64,000 nt of DNA from an uncultured Gemmatimonadaceae bacterium (GTDB lineage Bacteria; Gemmatimonadota; Gemmatimonadetes; Gemmatimonadales; Gemmatimonadaceae), in contig CAWHHI010000020.1 of the NCBI GenBank assembly GCA_963829055.1, positions 288,001-352,000 on the forward strand, given 5' to 3'. The notes under the pieces were generated by a model. It searched no databases. It saw nothing but the letters and a program-made list of their open reading frames with translations, and was not told the DNA's origin. Made by a program: the position numbers and the translations under genes. The first letter of the stretch is position 1. Each line of letters opens with the position of its first letter. Positions 23,507-35,888 of the stretch are shown in pieces.

Positions 23507-23876
23507 ATGGCCCCCAACCCGCTCGTCAGACTACGCAAGGTGTGTCTCGCCCTGCCCGAGGCACACGAAGTCGAGGCGTGGGGGGAACCGACGTTTCGCA
23601 TCCGAAACAAGCTGTTCGCCATGTACGCCCACGCCGAGAACCACCATGGCGGCGGACAGGCGGCCGTGTGGTGCAAGGCCGCGCCCGGCAACCAGGCCGC
23701 CATGGTGCAGGCTGACCCCGACCGCTTTTTCGTCCCGCCCTACGTGGGCTCCAGCGGCTGGATCGGCATTCGCCTCGACGCGCAACACCGACTGGAAGGA
23801 GCTGGCCGAGCTCATGCACGACGCCTACCGGCTCGTCGCGCCAAAGCGGTTCCTCGCCGCCCTGGACGCGCGGTGA
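23507..23876 (+). CDS. MmcQ/YjbR family DNA-binding protein (frameshift near 23785)
   Basis: CLALPEAHEVEAWGEPTFRIRNKLFA, FFVPPYVGSSGWIGIRLD, then DWKELAELMHDAYRLVAPK. Confidence 0.88.
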
Positions 23877-23991
23877 CGCACGCCGCAAAACGGGCTGCGA
23901 CGCCAGCGCCCGACACTCGTCTATTGAATACGCGCCCGCGCACGCCAATACATATGCGCGTCAACTTCAATTCATTCAGGAGGAGGTTGTT

Positions 23992-24180
23992 GTGGACGAC
24001 AAGCAGCTCGCAAAGCTGATCCGAAAGAACCTCGCGAAAGTCGAGAAAGCCGCGAACGCAAAGCAGAAGCGCACGTACGACCCGACCCTGGCCGCGACCC
24101 GTGGCACCACGAGCGAGGACGGCGATGTGGAAGTGGAGCGCGAGCAGTTCTTCAAGGAGATGAAGCGCCGCGAGTTCTAG
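23992..24180 (+). CDS. Small hypothetical protein (62 aa)
   Basis: Strong AGGAGGAGG RBS, typical codon usage, charged helical sequence. Confidence 0.65.
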   Translation: MDDKQLAKLIRKNLAKVEKAANAKQKRTYDPTLAATRGTTSEDGDVEVEREQFFKEMKRREF

Positions 24181-24219
24181 CCTCCCGGCCGCACCCCGGG
24201 CCGAACCCTCACGTTCCGG

Positions 24220-24767
24220 ATGCACCCACGCACCGAAGAGCTGCTGCGCCACCTCGACGCCAATCGCGTCGTGCTCCGCGCAGCAGTCGACTGATGTCCC
24301 CCCTTCGCTGCGCGAGACGCGCCCCGCTCCCGATCGCTGGTCCGTCGCCGAGGTGCTCGAGCACCTGGCGCGAGTCGAGGAGCAGCTCACGCGTCTCCTG
24401 ACGGCGAAGCTATCCGAGGCGCGCGCTGCCGGCACTCTGGGTCCCGAGTCCAACAGCGATCCGGTCATCGACGCACGCGCCCACCGCATTGTTCTCGACC
24501 GGCGCACTCGCGTCACTGCCGGCGACCGCGTCCTCCCGCGCGGAGAGCTCGACTCCGCCGCTGCACTCGCGAAACTCGAAACCGCGCGCGACAAGCTGCG
24601 CGAGCTACTCATTGCGCACGACGGCGTGAGCGATCGCCGCGGTGTCGCACCCGCATCCGGTTCTCGGACCGATCGACGGATACCAGTGGTTCGCGTTCGT
24701 GGGCTCTCACGAGGCACGACACGCCGCCCAGATCCGTGAGGTCGGAGAAGCAGCGCGAAACGCCTGA
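24220..24767 (+). CDS. DinB family protein (frameshifted)
   Basis: RWSVAEVLEHLARVE and HPVLGPIDGYQWFAFVGSHEARHAAQI across frames. Confidence 0.82.
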
Positions 24768-24880
24768 CTCGGCGGCTGCACGCTGGGCACATCTGCCGAC
24801 GGCTGCATGCTGCGGCCGCACGCTGCCCGCTGCTGCTAATACTCGCCCGGTCACCCACGCGCTGCTCGCTGCACGCAGCG

Positions 24881-24926
24881 GCAACCAGCGTCACCCAGCA
24901 ACCAGCACGACCACCCAGCCACCAGC
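24881..24926. repeat. 46-bp dispersed repeat, copy 1
   Basis: gcaaccagcgtcacccagcaaccagcacgaccacccagccaccagc; 45/46 identical to 32356-32401. Confidence 0.85.
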
Positions 24927-25072
24927 GCTGTCCGACGGCCACTCCGACCTTGGACAGTCACTCTGGACGTTGATTGGCTCTGGCCCCCGCAACGCACCAA
25001 CCCGATTGTCGTCGAATTGGCCCCAGCCCCGTCTCCGCGGCTGTCGGCGCCGTCCCCACGATCGGAGGCCAC

Positions 25073-25720
25073 ATGCCCTTGGCGTCGTTCGAGACACCGC
25101 TGGAATCGACGGCCACCCGCGCCTTCCACGACGGTCCCATCCTGGACTGCGCACCACCCACAACTTCACCGCGACTAGACACCACTGATCCGACGCTCCG
25201 CATCCGGGCACACCGCGTCTACCCGGCGTCGCGCGAGGAACTGTTCGCCAGCTGGACGCGACGCACCGCCTGGGACTCCTGGATGCGTCTGCGCTCCCGA
25301 TCGCGCTCGACGCTGTCGCCATGCCGCGGCGGCGCCTTCCGCCTCGAGCTCGCGGAAGGACCGGCGATACACGTCATCACCGGCGTCGTCCATGACATCC
25401 GGCCGGACGAGCTTCTCTCCCTCGGGTGGGTGCATCAGAACACGAACGACCACGGGTCAACGGTCGATGTCACCTTCCAGTCCGCGCACGACGGAACGGC
25501 GCTGACGCTCGTCCACCGCGGCATCACCAGCCGGCGCGAAGCGTCGTGGCTCATGCGCCTCTGGTCCGCTGTGCTCGGGCGGCTCGAGACCTACGTCGCC
25601 GGCGGAGTGGCGTCGTCCACGCGGTGCGACACGCGGCATGTACGTGTGCAAGCGCGGCCGCCACTGATCGGGCGCGTCGCTTACGTGCACACGGTTCGCC
25701 GCGCATCATCCGACGCATGA
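25073..25720 (+). CDS. SRPBCC/AHSA1-like domain protein
   Basis: RVYPASREELFASWT, GGAFRLEL, LLSLGW, STVDVTF..GTALTLVH; GGAGG RBS; ATGA overlap with the next gene. Confidence 0.78.
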   Translation: MPLASFETPLESTATRAFHDGPILDCAPPTTSPRLDTTDPTLRIRAHRVYPASREELFASWTRRTAWDSWMRLRSRSRSTLSPCRGGAFRLELAEGPAIHVITGVVHDIRPDELLSLGWVHQNTNDHGSTVDVTFQSAHDGTALTLVHRGITSRREASWLMRLWSAVLGRLETYVAGGVASSTRCDTRHVRVQARPPLIGRVAYVHTVRRASSDA

Positions 25721-27286
25721 CGAGGCGCCGCGCCCCTGAAGGCATTCCGGTTCTGATCGCCCTCGACACCAAGGCGAGCGGGTCGCTCTCGCGGCAGATC
25801 TATCGCGCGCTGCGCGACGGCATTCTGGCGGGCCGACTCACGGGTGGCCTGCGACTCCCGTCCACCCGCGCGCTGGCAATCGACCTCGGCGTGTCGCGCA
25901 ACACCGTCGTCACGGCGTTCGACCAGCTGCTGGCGGAGGGCTACGTCGAGAGCCGAGTCGGCCGTGGGACACGCGTCAGCCAGACGATGCCGGACCACCT
26001 GCTGCACGCGCGCTCGCGGCCGCGCGTCAGGATCGTGACGACCGCTCCGGGGAACTCTGCTCCGGGGAGCGCTCCCTCCGCGCGCGGCGCGTTGCTCGTC
26101 GATCACGCGCGTCGCAGGTCGGCGGTGGACGAGGGGACGGTCGCGTTCGCGCCCGGCGTTCCCGCGCTGGACCTGTTTCCCTGGCAGACGTGGAGTCGCC
26201 TCGTCGCGAATCGGGCCCGCGAGCTCGGCGCCAGCATCTGGCCGGCTACGCCGATTCGTTAGGCTACCGGCCGCTGCGCGAGGCGGTCGCGCGTTACGTC
26301 GCGGTCGCGCGTGGCGTCAACTGCACCGCGGATCAGGTCCTGATCGTCGGCGGGTCGCAACAGGGGATCGATCTCGTCGCCCGCGTCGCCACCGATCCTG
26401 GCGACTCGGCGTGGATCGAGGATCCGGGCTACTATGGCGCGTTAGGCGCGTTCGCCGGGGCGGGCTTGCGCGTCACCGGCGTGCCCGTCGACGCGGACGG
26501 CATGAGTGTCGCGGCCGGTCGCGTCGGCGCGCCGGCCGCGCGTCTCATGTACGTCACGCCATCGCATCAGTTCCCGCTTGGCGTCACGATGTCGTTGTCG
26601 CGACGGCTGGAGCTGCTCGCGGCCGCGGCGGAGATGCAGGCGTGGATCGTCGAGGACGACTACGACAGCGAGTTCCGCTACGTGAGCCGCCCGCTGACGG
26701 CATTGCAAGGCCTCGATACCGAGAGGGCGCGTCGTGTACGTCGGCACGTTCAGCAAGGTGATGTTCCCCGCACTGCGCATCGGCTTCGTCATCGCCCCGC
26801 AATCGCTGCTGCCAGCGATCACCGCGGCGCGCAAGTTCGCCGGCACGCAACAGGCCGTGCTCGAACAGATGGTGCTCGCCGATTTCATCACCGATGGACA
26901 CTTCGAGCGACACGTGCGACGCATGCGCGCCGTGTACGCCGAGCGGCAGCAGCGATCTCATCGATGCGCTGCGAGCGGAGTGTGCGGGCGTGCTCGATGC
27001 GTCGCCGGCGGGGTCGGGCATGCATCTCGTGGGTTGGCTGCCGCCGGATGCGGATGACGCGGACGTATCGCGCCGAGCAGCCACACGAGGCGTCGATGCG
27101 ATTGCGTTGTCGGCGTTCGCGGTCGGCCGCGGCGTCGGGCGACCAGGCGTGCTGCTCGGCTACGCGCACGTGAATCGCGCGACGATGTTCGCCGCGGCTC
27201 GTGGCCTGGCGGGTGCGATACGAGAGAGTCTCGCACAACGGCCGCGAGCGCTCGCGGGGCGAGCGAGTCGAGGCGCGTCCGACTAG
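25717..27286 (+). CDS. MocR/GabR family PLP-dependent transcriptional regulator (frameshifts)
   Basis: GntR HTH LPSTRALAIDLGVSRNTV; YVTPSHQFPLG, WIVEDDYDSEFRY, YVGTFSKVMFPALRIG. Confidence 0.93.
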
Positions 27287-27341
27287 CGATCCGGGGCCAG
27301 CCGGGAACGATGCCGCACGCGCCGAATCCACGCTGATGCAG

Positions 27342-27840
27342 GCGTCGCTGCGCCGGTGCCGGTGGGAACTACGATTGGGCGGATCAACTGCAAAACTGCC
27401 GGATACTGCTTTGCATCGACGCTGGCTCATCACCGGGCTCTGAAGTAATAGGAACGGCCGCTCGGGACGCAGGAGTCTCCCGAGCGGCCGTTCCCAAAAT
27501 TCCCGGCTCGTTGCGCGAGGAGCGGGATCTACCGAGCGGTATCCTGCTTCTTCCGTTTCATCCGCCCAATCGCAGTTCCCACCGGCCCCGGCGCAACGAT
27601 GCCGGGAATGCAAAGCCGGCCTGTCATTCCGAGCGGAGGCCCGAAGGGCCGCAGTCGAGGAATCGCGATCGTCCCGATAGAGGGCTCCTCTACCCGTATG
27701 ATCGTCGATTCCTCGACTGCGCCCTGAGCGGCCTCCGCTCGCAATGACAGCCGGCGCGCTCGCTCGGAATGACAACTATCCGGCCGTTTTGCAGTTCATC
27801 CGCGCCATCGTAGTTCCCACCGGCCCCGGCGCGATGATGC
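27342..27840 (-). mobile_element. Modular palindromic (MITE/REPIN-like) element, copy 1, inverted relative to copies 2 and 3
   Basis: Arms ccggtgggaactacgattgggcggat / atccgc..atcgtagttcccaccgg, central 17-bp stem 27451-27494; homologous to 48558 and 58596 copies. Confidence 0.8.
27622..27774. repeat. REP-like GTCATTCCGAGCG element nested in the modular element
   Basis: tgtcattccgagcg ... cgctcggaatgaca termini with an internal agtcgaggaatc/gattcctcgact stem. Confidence 0.88.
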
Positions 27841-27865
27841 CCGGTAAATCAAGTGCATCGCGCCA

Positions 27866-30800
27866 TCACGGTTTCCATACCGGCACTCGGCCACTCGTCC
27901 ACGGCACCCCAGCCGTCTCCGCCTGATCCCCCACGCGCTTGAGATCCTGCTCGACCAGCGTACGCAACCGATCGAGCAGCCCACCGAGCTCCGCGGCCGC
28001 GATGTCGTACTGACGCTTCTGCGTTGCCGTCGCGTCCTCCATCGTGTTCGACCACAGACTGTTCGCGATGCCGTTCACGCGGTTGAGCAACGACGGCGGC
28101 GTCGGCTCGCTGCGTCGCGCCATCGTCGGATCGCCCGCGAGCGCCATTTGAATGTCGCGCAGCCGCCGTCTCGATGCGCCGCACTTCGGCATCCAGCTTC
28201 GTCATCCGCGCTCGGCGTTTCCTGGACGGCGCGCTTGAGCAACTGCACGCGGCTCATTGTTTCATTCGCTACCGCGTTCGCGCCGAGCAATGCGCGTTGC
28301 AGCGCGGCCGTCTTCTGCTGGAATGCGACGACCGCCGGCGGAGCGTGGCGTCGTCCCCGAGTCGAGCGGCGCGACCATGAACGACTGCGGATCGCCTATC
28401 GCGGTGACGACGCCATCGACGCGCTTGGCGAGCGCCACGGTGTAGCGCCCCGGCGCCACCATCGGCCCCGCGGGACCGCCACCACCGAACGGCGTTTCCT
28501 GATCGGGCTCGTCGTTCGCGCCGCCGCCGCCCCACCTCCTCCAGCACCACCGGCGCCGGCGCCGGCGGCCACTGGATTCGGCGTCGGGTACCGCAGGTTC
28601 CACGTCACGCGCTGCACGCCCGCCGTCGTCGGACCCGTTAGGCGCCGCACGACACGACCCTCGGCGTCCGTCACCGTCAGGATCATCGCCGGCGCCTCCT
28701 CCTGATCCTCCACCTTGAGCGAATCCCATGGCGGATACATCACATCCTGCCCACGACGCGCCGCATCGCGCTCAGCTGCCTGACGACGCGCGCGACGACT
28801 GCGCAGCTCGCGGTTGAGGTGATACGTGAACACCGCGCCCGGCGCCGGATTCGGCGTCAGGAAGAACGATGCGCCCTGGAAGCTCGCGCCCGTGCCGCCG
28901 AGTGGGCTCGAGAGCACGTACATGGACGCGCGCTTCACCGGGAACAGCGTCGCCTCGCGCGCGACGACCTGGCGGCGTTAGGCCGCGCAGCGGCGAGAGG
29001 TCATCGAGGATGTAGAAGCCGCGACCGAACGTCGCGACCACGAGGTCGTCCTCGCGCTTCTGAATCGCCAGGTCGCGCACCTGGATCGTCGGCAGCCCGC
29101 CGCGGAGACGCGTCCAGTGCTGGCCGCCGTTCGTCGTCGACGTAGAGACCGAACTCCGTACCAACGAACAGCAGGTTGCGATCGATGTGGTCCTCGATCA
29201 CGACGTACACCGTCCCTCGCTCGGGGAGATTGCCGGCGATCGACGTCCAGCTCCGTCCGAGGTCGGTGCTCTTGAGCACGTACGGCTTGTAGTCGCCCGA
29301 CTTGTGATTGTCGAACGATGCGTAGACCGTGTTCGCGTCGTGCTGCGACGGCGTCACGCGCGAGACGAACGTCGTGTCCGGCACGCCCGGGAAGCGACTC
29401 GATCTTCCGCCAGCTCTGTCCGCCGTTCTCGCTGATCTGAATCAGTCCGTCATCGGTACCGGCGAACAGCAGGCCGTCCTTCACCGGCGACTCGGCGAGC
29501 GTGACGACGCTCCCGTAGAGCGACGTCGACGTGTTCTTCGCGACGGCGTCCACACTCCACACGCGATCCATCATCTTGAGCCGGTTCCGATCGATCTGAC
29601 GCGACAGATCGGGGCTCACCGCGCTTCCACGACGTGCCGCGATCATCGCTCCGGTACACGCGATCCGACGCGAAGTAGAGCCGGGTGTTCGCGTGCGGGC
29701 TGATGATGAGCGGCGAGTCCCAGTGCCAGCGCAGCGGCTCCTCGCCTGGCTCGGACTGTGGCACGATGTTGATCGACTCACCCGTCGCGAGATTGAAGCG
29801 CTGCAGGTTGCCGTGCTGCGACTCGGCGTAGACGGTGTTGGGGTCCTTCGGGTCGACGCGCGACTGGAATCCGTCGCCGCCGGCGGTGACGAACCAGTCG
29901 GCGTTCGTGATGCCATGCTCGGTGCGCGTGCGCGACGGGCCACCTAACGAGAAGTTGTCCTGCGTGCCGCCGTACACGCGGTAGAACGGAAGCGCGTTGT
30001 CGGTGTCCACGTGGTAGAACTGCGTGACCGGCAGGTTGGCGAAGAACTTGTACGTCTGCCCGCGGTCGAACGACTCGTACAGTCCGCCGTCGCATCCGAT
30101 GAGCAGGTGCTCGGTCTCGTCGGGGTCGATCCACACGACGTGATTGTCCACGTGCTTGTTGCGCTCGCCGAGTCGGCGAAAGTTCCTGCCGCCGTCGTCG
30201 GTGATCATCGTCTGCACGTCGACGGCATACACGCGATCGACGTTCACCGGATCGGGGAAGATCTCGTTGTAGTACAAGCCACCCGCCTGGTAGCCGCTCA
30301 TGCGCTCCCAGTTCACGCCACCGTCGCGCGAGCGAAAGAATCCGCCGCGTGCGTTCGCGGCTTCCGCGATCGCGTACACGACGTCCGGATTCGCCGGCGC
30401 GACAGCGAGACCGATGCGCCCGAGATCTTCCGTCGGAAGACCTGTCTGCGACTTCTTCCACGTCGCGCCGGCGTCGGTCGACCGCCAGAGTCCCGACTGC
30501 GGGCCACCGGCGATGTAGCCCCACTGTCGGCGGAAACGCTGCCACGTCGTGGCAATGAGCGATGTCGGGATTGCGCGGGTCGAGCACGATGTCGCTCGCG
30601 CCGGACCACTCGCCGCCGTCGAGCACCTTCTTCCATGTCTTGCCGCCGTCCGTCGTCTTGAACAGCCCGCGATCGCCACCGCGACTGAAGAGCGGTCCCT
30701 GCGCGGCGACGTACACGACGTCGGAGTTTCGCGGATCGATGAGGATCTTGCCAATGTGCTCGGACTGCTTGAGCCCGACGTTCTGCCAGGTGCGTCCGCC

Positions 30801-31344
30801 GTCGATCGACTTGTAGACGCCGTCGCCGTAGGAAACGGAGCGTTGCGCGTTGTTCTCACCGGTGCCGACCCAGACCACGTTCGGGTTCTTCGGGTCGATG
30901 ACGACGTTGCCGATCGAGTACGACGCCTGGTTGTCGAAGATCGGCGTCCAGGTGGTGCCGGCGTTCGTGGTCTTCCACACGCCGCCTGACGCGACGGCGA
31001 CGTACCAGGTGCGCTTGTCGCGCGGATGCACCGCAATGTCCGACAACACGTCCGGACGTGACGGCCGGGCCGATCGATCGGAAGCGCAGGCCGTTGTACG
31101 GGGACGGTGGCTCGGAATCCCCGCGCGCTCGTTGCGTGGTGTCGCGCGCGCCGCCCGCGCCGACGCGTGCGGTGTCTCCGCGCGAGGCGCTGTCCCCACG
31201 CGCGCTGGGTCGCCGAGCGGCGTCGCGTCGCAGGCTGTCACGCGCCTGACGCGTGGTGTCGCGGACCTGTGCGTGGAGACCGGAGGCAGGAAGAACGACA
31301 GCGGCAGCCACCAGCGTGGCCGCGGAAACGACAGACAACCGCAT
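27866..31344 (-). CDS. VPS10/sortilin-like BNR-repeat glycosyl hydrolase (multiple frameshifts)
   Basis: Signal peptide, FRSIGPAVTSGR, GGVWKTTNAGTTWTPIFD, repeated S-x-D-G-G-x-[TS]-W, VYGGTQDN, LVVATFGRGFYILDDLSPLR. Confidence 0.9.
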
Positions 31345-31404
31345 GGAAAGTCCTGGCGAGAGGCGGGAGAAAATTGCGCCAGGAACGTGATGCCGACTAG
31401 CGGT

Positions 31405-31540
31405 TGTCATTCCGAGCGGAGCCGGCAGCGGGAGTCGAGGAATCCTCGGCGTCACGGCAGAGGGGCCCTCTACGGTACGCCGCGATTCCTCGACTGCGTC
31501 GCTCGCTCGGATGACATGCCGCGGCTCCGCTCGGCATGAC
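31405..31540. repeat. REP-like GTCATTCCGAGCG element
   Basis: tgtcattccgagcgg..agtcgaggaatc..agaggggccctct..gattcctcgact..cgctcggatgaca..cgctcggcatgac. Confidence 0.85.
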
Positions 31541-31571
31541 GGCCGTCGTCCCGCCTTCCGCCTTCCGGCCC

Positions 31572-32267
31572 TTACAACGCCAACGCCGACTTGAAGACCG
31601 GCTTGTTCTCCGTCAGCACCTTCGCGACGCCCTTCCACGCGTCGCCGGTGTTCACGTCGCGCTTCCACTCGAGCAGCGACACGCGGAGTCCCGCACGCCG
31701 CGCCGTCGTCGAGCGTCTTCTGCAGCGTGTCGCCCGTGCCGAACGGAATGTCCATGAACAGCGCCTTGAGCGGCTTCTTCATCCCGATGAGGTAGTAGCC
31801 GCCGTCGAACGACGGACCGATCACCGACATCGGCCTGGTCGAGCCGCGCGTACGCTTCGCCGATCACCGCTTCGGTCACGCCCGGGCAGTCGACGCCGAT
31901 CAGGATCACGCGGTCCGCGCCCTCCGAGAACGCGCGCTCGAGCGCCGCGAGCATCCGACGGCCGAGGTCGCCGTCGCCCTGCGCGCGGTAGTCGAACAGA
32001 TCGCCGAACCAGTCGCGCATCGCATCGCCGCTTCCCGTTAGGCGCGTAGGCGATGGTCTTGCGACACCAGTCCACGTGCGACGCCGCGGCCACCGCATGC
32101 TCCGCGAGCGTGCGATACGCCGTGAGCGCGACGTCGGGCCCGAGGTCCGCCGCAATGCGCGACTTGACGCGCCCCTTCTCGGGGGCGTTGGCGAAGATGA
32201 CGAGCGAACGAGACGAAGCGATCACGACGACGGCAGCCGAGTTCGGAGAAGAACGTGCGGTGACCAT
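31572..32267 (-). CDS. DUF2064 / TIGR04282-like glycosyltransferase (frameshifts; start uncertain)
   Basis: VIFANAPEKGRVKSRIA, QGDGDLGRRM, ILIGVDCP, VIGPSFDGGYYLIG. Confidence 0.85.
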
Positions 32268-32355
32268 CCTAACGGCAGGACGACCGAACGCGCACGAGCG
32301 TTGCGTCACACGGCGCTATGCCCACTGTTTGTGTGACGCACACGGCATAGCGGCC

Positions 32356-32401
32356 GCAACCAGCGTCACCCAGCAACAAGCACGACCACCCAGCCACCAG
32401 C
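32356..32401. repeat. 46-bp dispersed repeat, copy 2
   Basis: 45/46 identical to 24881-24926, same orientation. Confidence 0.85.
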
Positions 32402-32418
32402 CGCAGTCCCCGTTCCCG

Positions 32419-33703
32419 CTACTGTGCGACCTTCCCGTCCAGTTGCTGGATGGTCTTCGTCGACGGCGGCCGCTCCTTCTTGAGTCGCGCCGATACGACC
32501 TCCGCCTGCTTCAGCACGCGCAGCACGTTGTCGCCCGCGAGCTTCTTCAGGTCGGCGTCCGTCCAGCCCCGACGCGACAGCTCGGCGAACAGATCCGGGA
32601 ACTTCGAGACGTCCTCGAGGCCGACCACCAGATCCGTGATGCCGTCGAAGTCGCTGCCGATGCCCACGTGATCCACGCCGGCGACCTTCCGAATGTGCTC
32701 GATGTGATCGGCCACCTGGCCTAGCGTCGCCTTGGGCTGCGGGTGCGCCTGCGTCCACGTCGTCCAGCTCACGCGTCGCACCGCGGCGCGTGTCGTTGCC
32801 AAGCCGGCGTCGCGCATCCGCGACCGCCGCGGCCTGTGCATCGTCCCACTGCCTTCACCTCCTTCGACACGAACGACGTCACGAACGGCACCATCACCAC
32901 GCCGCCGTTCTTCGGCAGCCGCGCGAGAATCGAGTCCGGCACGTTTCGCGCGATGATCGACCAGCTCGCGCGATCCCGAGTGCGAGAAGATCACCGGCGC
33001 CTCCGTCGCGTCGAGCGCGTCGCTCATCGTCCCCGGCGACACGTGCGAGAGATCCACCAGCATGCCGAGCCGGTTCATCTCGTGCACGACTTCCTTGCCG
33101 AAGGTCGTGAGCCCGCCGTGCTTCGGCCGAGTCGAGCGCGGCGTCGGCCCAGTCGAGCGTGACGTTGTGCGTGAGCGTCATGTAGCGTGCGCCGAGATCG
33201 TAGTAGACGCGCAGCGCACCTAACGAGTTCTCGATCGCGTGCCCGCCCTCGAGCCCGAGCAGCGAGCCGATCTTGCCGGCCTTGAACGACGACCGCACCG
33301 CCGTCCGCCGTGAGCGCCCACTGCAAGCCGCTCCGGATACTTCGCGATCACGCGGCGCGCGATGTCGAACTGCTCGAGCTGCACGCGCGCGTACCCCGAA
33401 TCCTTGATCTCGCCGGGGATGTAGATCGACCAGAACTGCGCGCCGACCATCCCCTTCTTCAGCCGCGCGAGATCGGTATGCCCCGGCGCCGTTCTTGCGA
33501 AGGTCGTACGCCTCGACGTCGTGCGGCGCCGTCGTCGCCTCGCGGATCGCCCACGGCAGATCGTTGTGCCCGTCGACGAGCGGCGTCGTGCTCAGCACGC
33601 GCCGGGCGCGCGCGATGTCCGCGGCGGATGGCGCGGGTGTGGGTGTCTGCGCGTCGGCGGCGAAAGCGGCGGTCACGAGAAGGGCGGCGGCGAGGAGTCG
33701 CAT
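32419..33703 (-). CDS. Membrane dipeptidase (peptidase M19), frameshifted
   Basis: [53 protein letters not shown]. Confidence 0.93.
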
Positions 33704-33809
33704 GGTCCAGAAGAAGCGAGAATGTGTCGAGGAGCTACTGCAGTCGCAGGCTGTGCAGCTCGCCAGCCTAACGGTAGCACCCAGCAACGTGAAGCGTCGA
33801 CCTCCGCCG

Positions 33810-33902
33810 TTCGGTTCCCCGTTCCCGGCTCCCAGTTCCCGTTCGCGCTGGTCCGATTCCCGATTCCCGCATCATTCCCGCATTCCCGATCCCCCATTCC
33901 CT
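33810..33902. repeat. Short-period (about 7 bp) TTCCCG-type tandem repeats
   Basis: ttccccg/ttcccgg/ctcccag/ttcccg..attcccg/attcccg/attcccg in divergent intergenic DNA. Confidence 0.65.
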
Positions 33903-33939
33903 TGCGCCTCCTTCGACCGCTCATTTAGAACTCGTGTCG

Positions 33940-34490
33940 ATGCCCCTGCCAGCAACGATCCGCACACTCGCCATCGTGACGTCGCTCTGCGCCGCGAGCC
34001 TGCCGTGAGTCCGAGGGTACGCTACCAGGGCTACGCCGATCGCACAGCCGGCGGTCGGCGACAGCGCACTCGTCGCCGTCTCCTCCTACCTCACGCTCGA
34101 CTCCACCGGCCCCGTTCGCTACGACAGCGCCGCCGCACAGTACGGTCGAGCGACTCTCGACGCAGTTCGGCGGCATCATGCGACCCGACACGGTCGCGGT
34201 CTTCCACCGACAGATGCTCGAGGGCCTCGATTCGCTCGTGCTCGCCATGCGCGTACTACGCGAGCGTGAAACGAGCTGCTCCGCCGAACGCACCATCGAC
34301 TGCGTCGACGCACGCGACTTCGGCTACATCCTCGGCTCCATGCGCAACGGGGCCCGCATCTACCTCGACGCGCGACGCCGCATGCGCGAGACCATGCGAT
34401 CGCTCGGCGCGAGCTTCCCGGATCCGCCAGCGGTGTCTCGCGTCCGCACTCGACCCGCGCCCAGCCGCCACGAGCGCCCCGCATCCGTGA
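33940..34490 (+). CDS. Hypothetical, probably exported protein (frameshifted)
   Basis: Signal-like MPLPATIRTLAIVTSL; coding-like frame from 34178; GTGA overlap at 34487-34490. Confidence 0.45.
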
Positions 34491-35880
34491 CCGATCCCGC
34501 AGACGACGTCGACGTCGTCATCATCGGCGCGGGCGTGTCCGGCCTCGCCGCCGCGAAACGACTCACCGAAGCAGGCGTGACGCACCACGGTTCTCGAGGC
34601 GCGCAATCGCATCGGCGGGCGGATCTACACCACGCGCGACGAGCGCACGCCACTCCCGATCGAGATGGGCGCCGAGTTCGTGCACGGGTCGGCACCCGAG
34701 CTCGTCGAGATCGTGCGGGCGTCGAAGCTGGTGGTCGCCGACACCTCGGCGAGCGCTGGCGCTCCGAGCGCGGGAAGCTCACGAACCTCGACGACGAGAA
34801 TTACTGGCAGCAGCTCGCGCACGTCATGGAGCGGCTCGACCCGAAGCGAACACCCGACCGCTCGTTTCAGGAGTTCCTCGATACGAAGCCCGGTGGGCAG
34901 TCGCTCGCGAAGCAGCGCACGCTCGCGCGCGAGTACGTGTCGGGGTTTCACGCCGGCGATCCGGAACGCGATGAGCGAACGCTGGCTCGCAGACGGCGGC
35001 ATGCCCGCTGACGAGGATGAAGAAGCGTCAGGGACGCGATCCTCGACGGCTACGACCACGTGCCCGCCGGCGCTCGCCACGGCGGGCTTCCGCGTTAGGC
35101 TCGCGCACGTCGTGCATGCAGATCGTCTGGGAGCCGGGGAGCCGTCGAGGTCCGCTATCCGTCCCGGCCGGCCGATGGGCTCGCGCACCAACGGTGCGAT
35201 TCGCGCGCGTTCGGCGATCATCACCGTGCCGCTCGGCGTGCTCCAGCACACGACGGGCGACGACGGTCGTCACGTTCACCCCCGACGTCGCTGACATTCG
35301 ACGAGCCGCCAGTCAGCTCGCCATGGGGTCGGTCGCCCGCATCACGCTGCTGTTTCGGGAGCCGTTCTGGGAGGCACGAGCAATGCAGCGAAAGACCGGC
35401 GGTCGCTCGCTGACCGATCTGTCGTTTCTCCACTCGTCCGACGATGAGGTCCCGGTGTGGTGGACGTCAGCTCCAGTCCGAACGCAGCAACGCTCGTAGG
35501 GTGGACCGGCGGGCCGAAGGCCGCGCGGCTCGTCGCGCGCGGACCGGCAGAGGTCGAGGCCCGCGCGATCGCGGCGCTCGCTCGCGTGCTCGGGATGCAA
35601 CGTCGTCGCGTCGAGTCGCTCGTCGAGGCGTGTTGGTATCACGACTGGCAGCCGATCCGTTCACCCGTGGCGCGTACAGCTATGGCCTGGTCGGCGGAAG
35701 CGACTGCGCGAAACACCTCGCCCGGCCGGTCGGACGAAGACGCTGTTCTTCGCCGGCGAGGCCGCCGACGGCGAAGGTCGCACCGGGACCGTGCACGGCG
35801 CGATCGGCACCGGCTACCGCGCCGCGGCGGCCGTGCTGCGCCTAACGACGCGCGCGCGTCTCGCGCCCGCGGACGATGAT
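34487..35880 (+). CDS. Flavin monoamine oxidase family protein (several frameshifts; end approximate)
   Basis: [62 protein letters not shown]. Confidence 0.88.
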
Positions 35881-35888
35881 CGGCGAGC

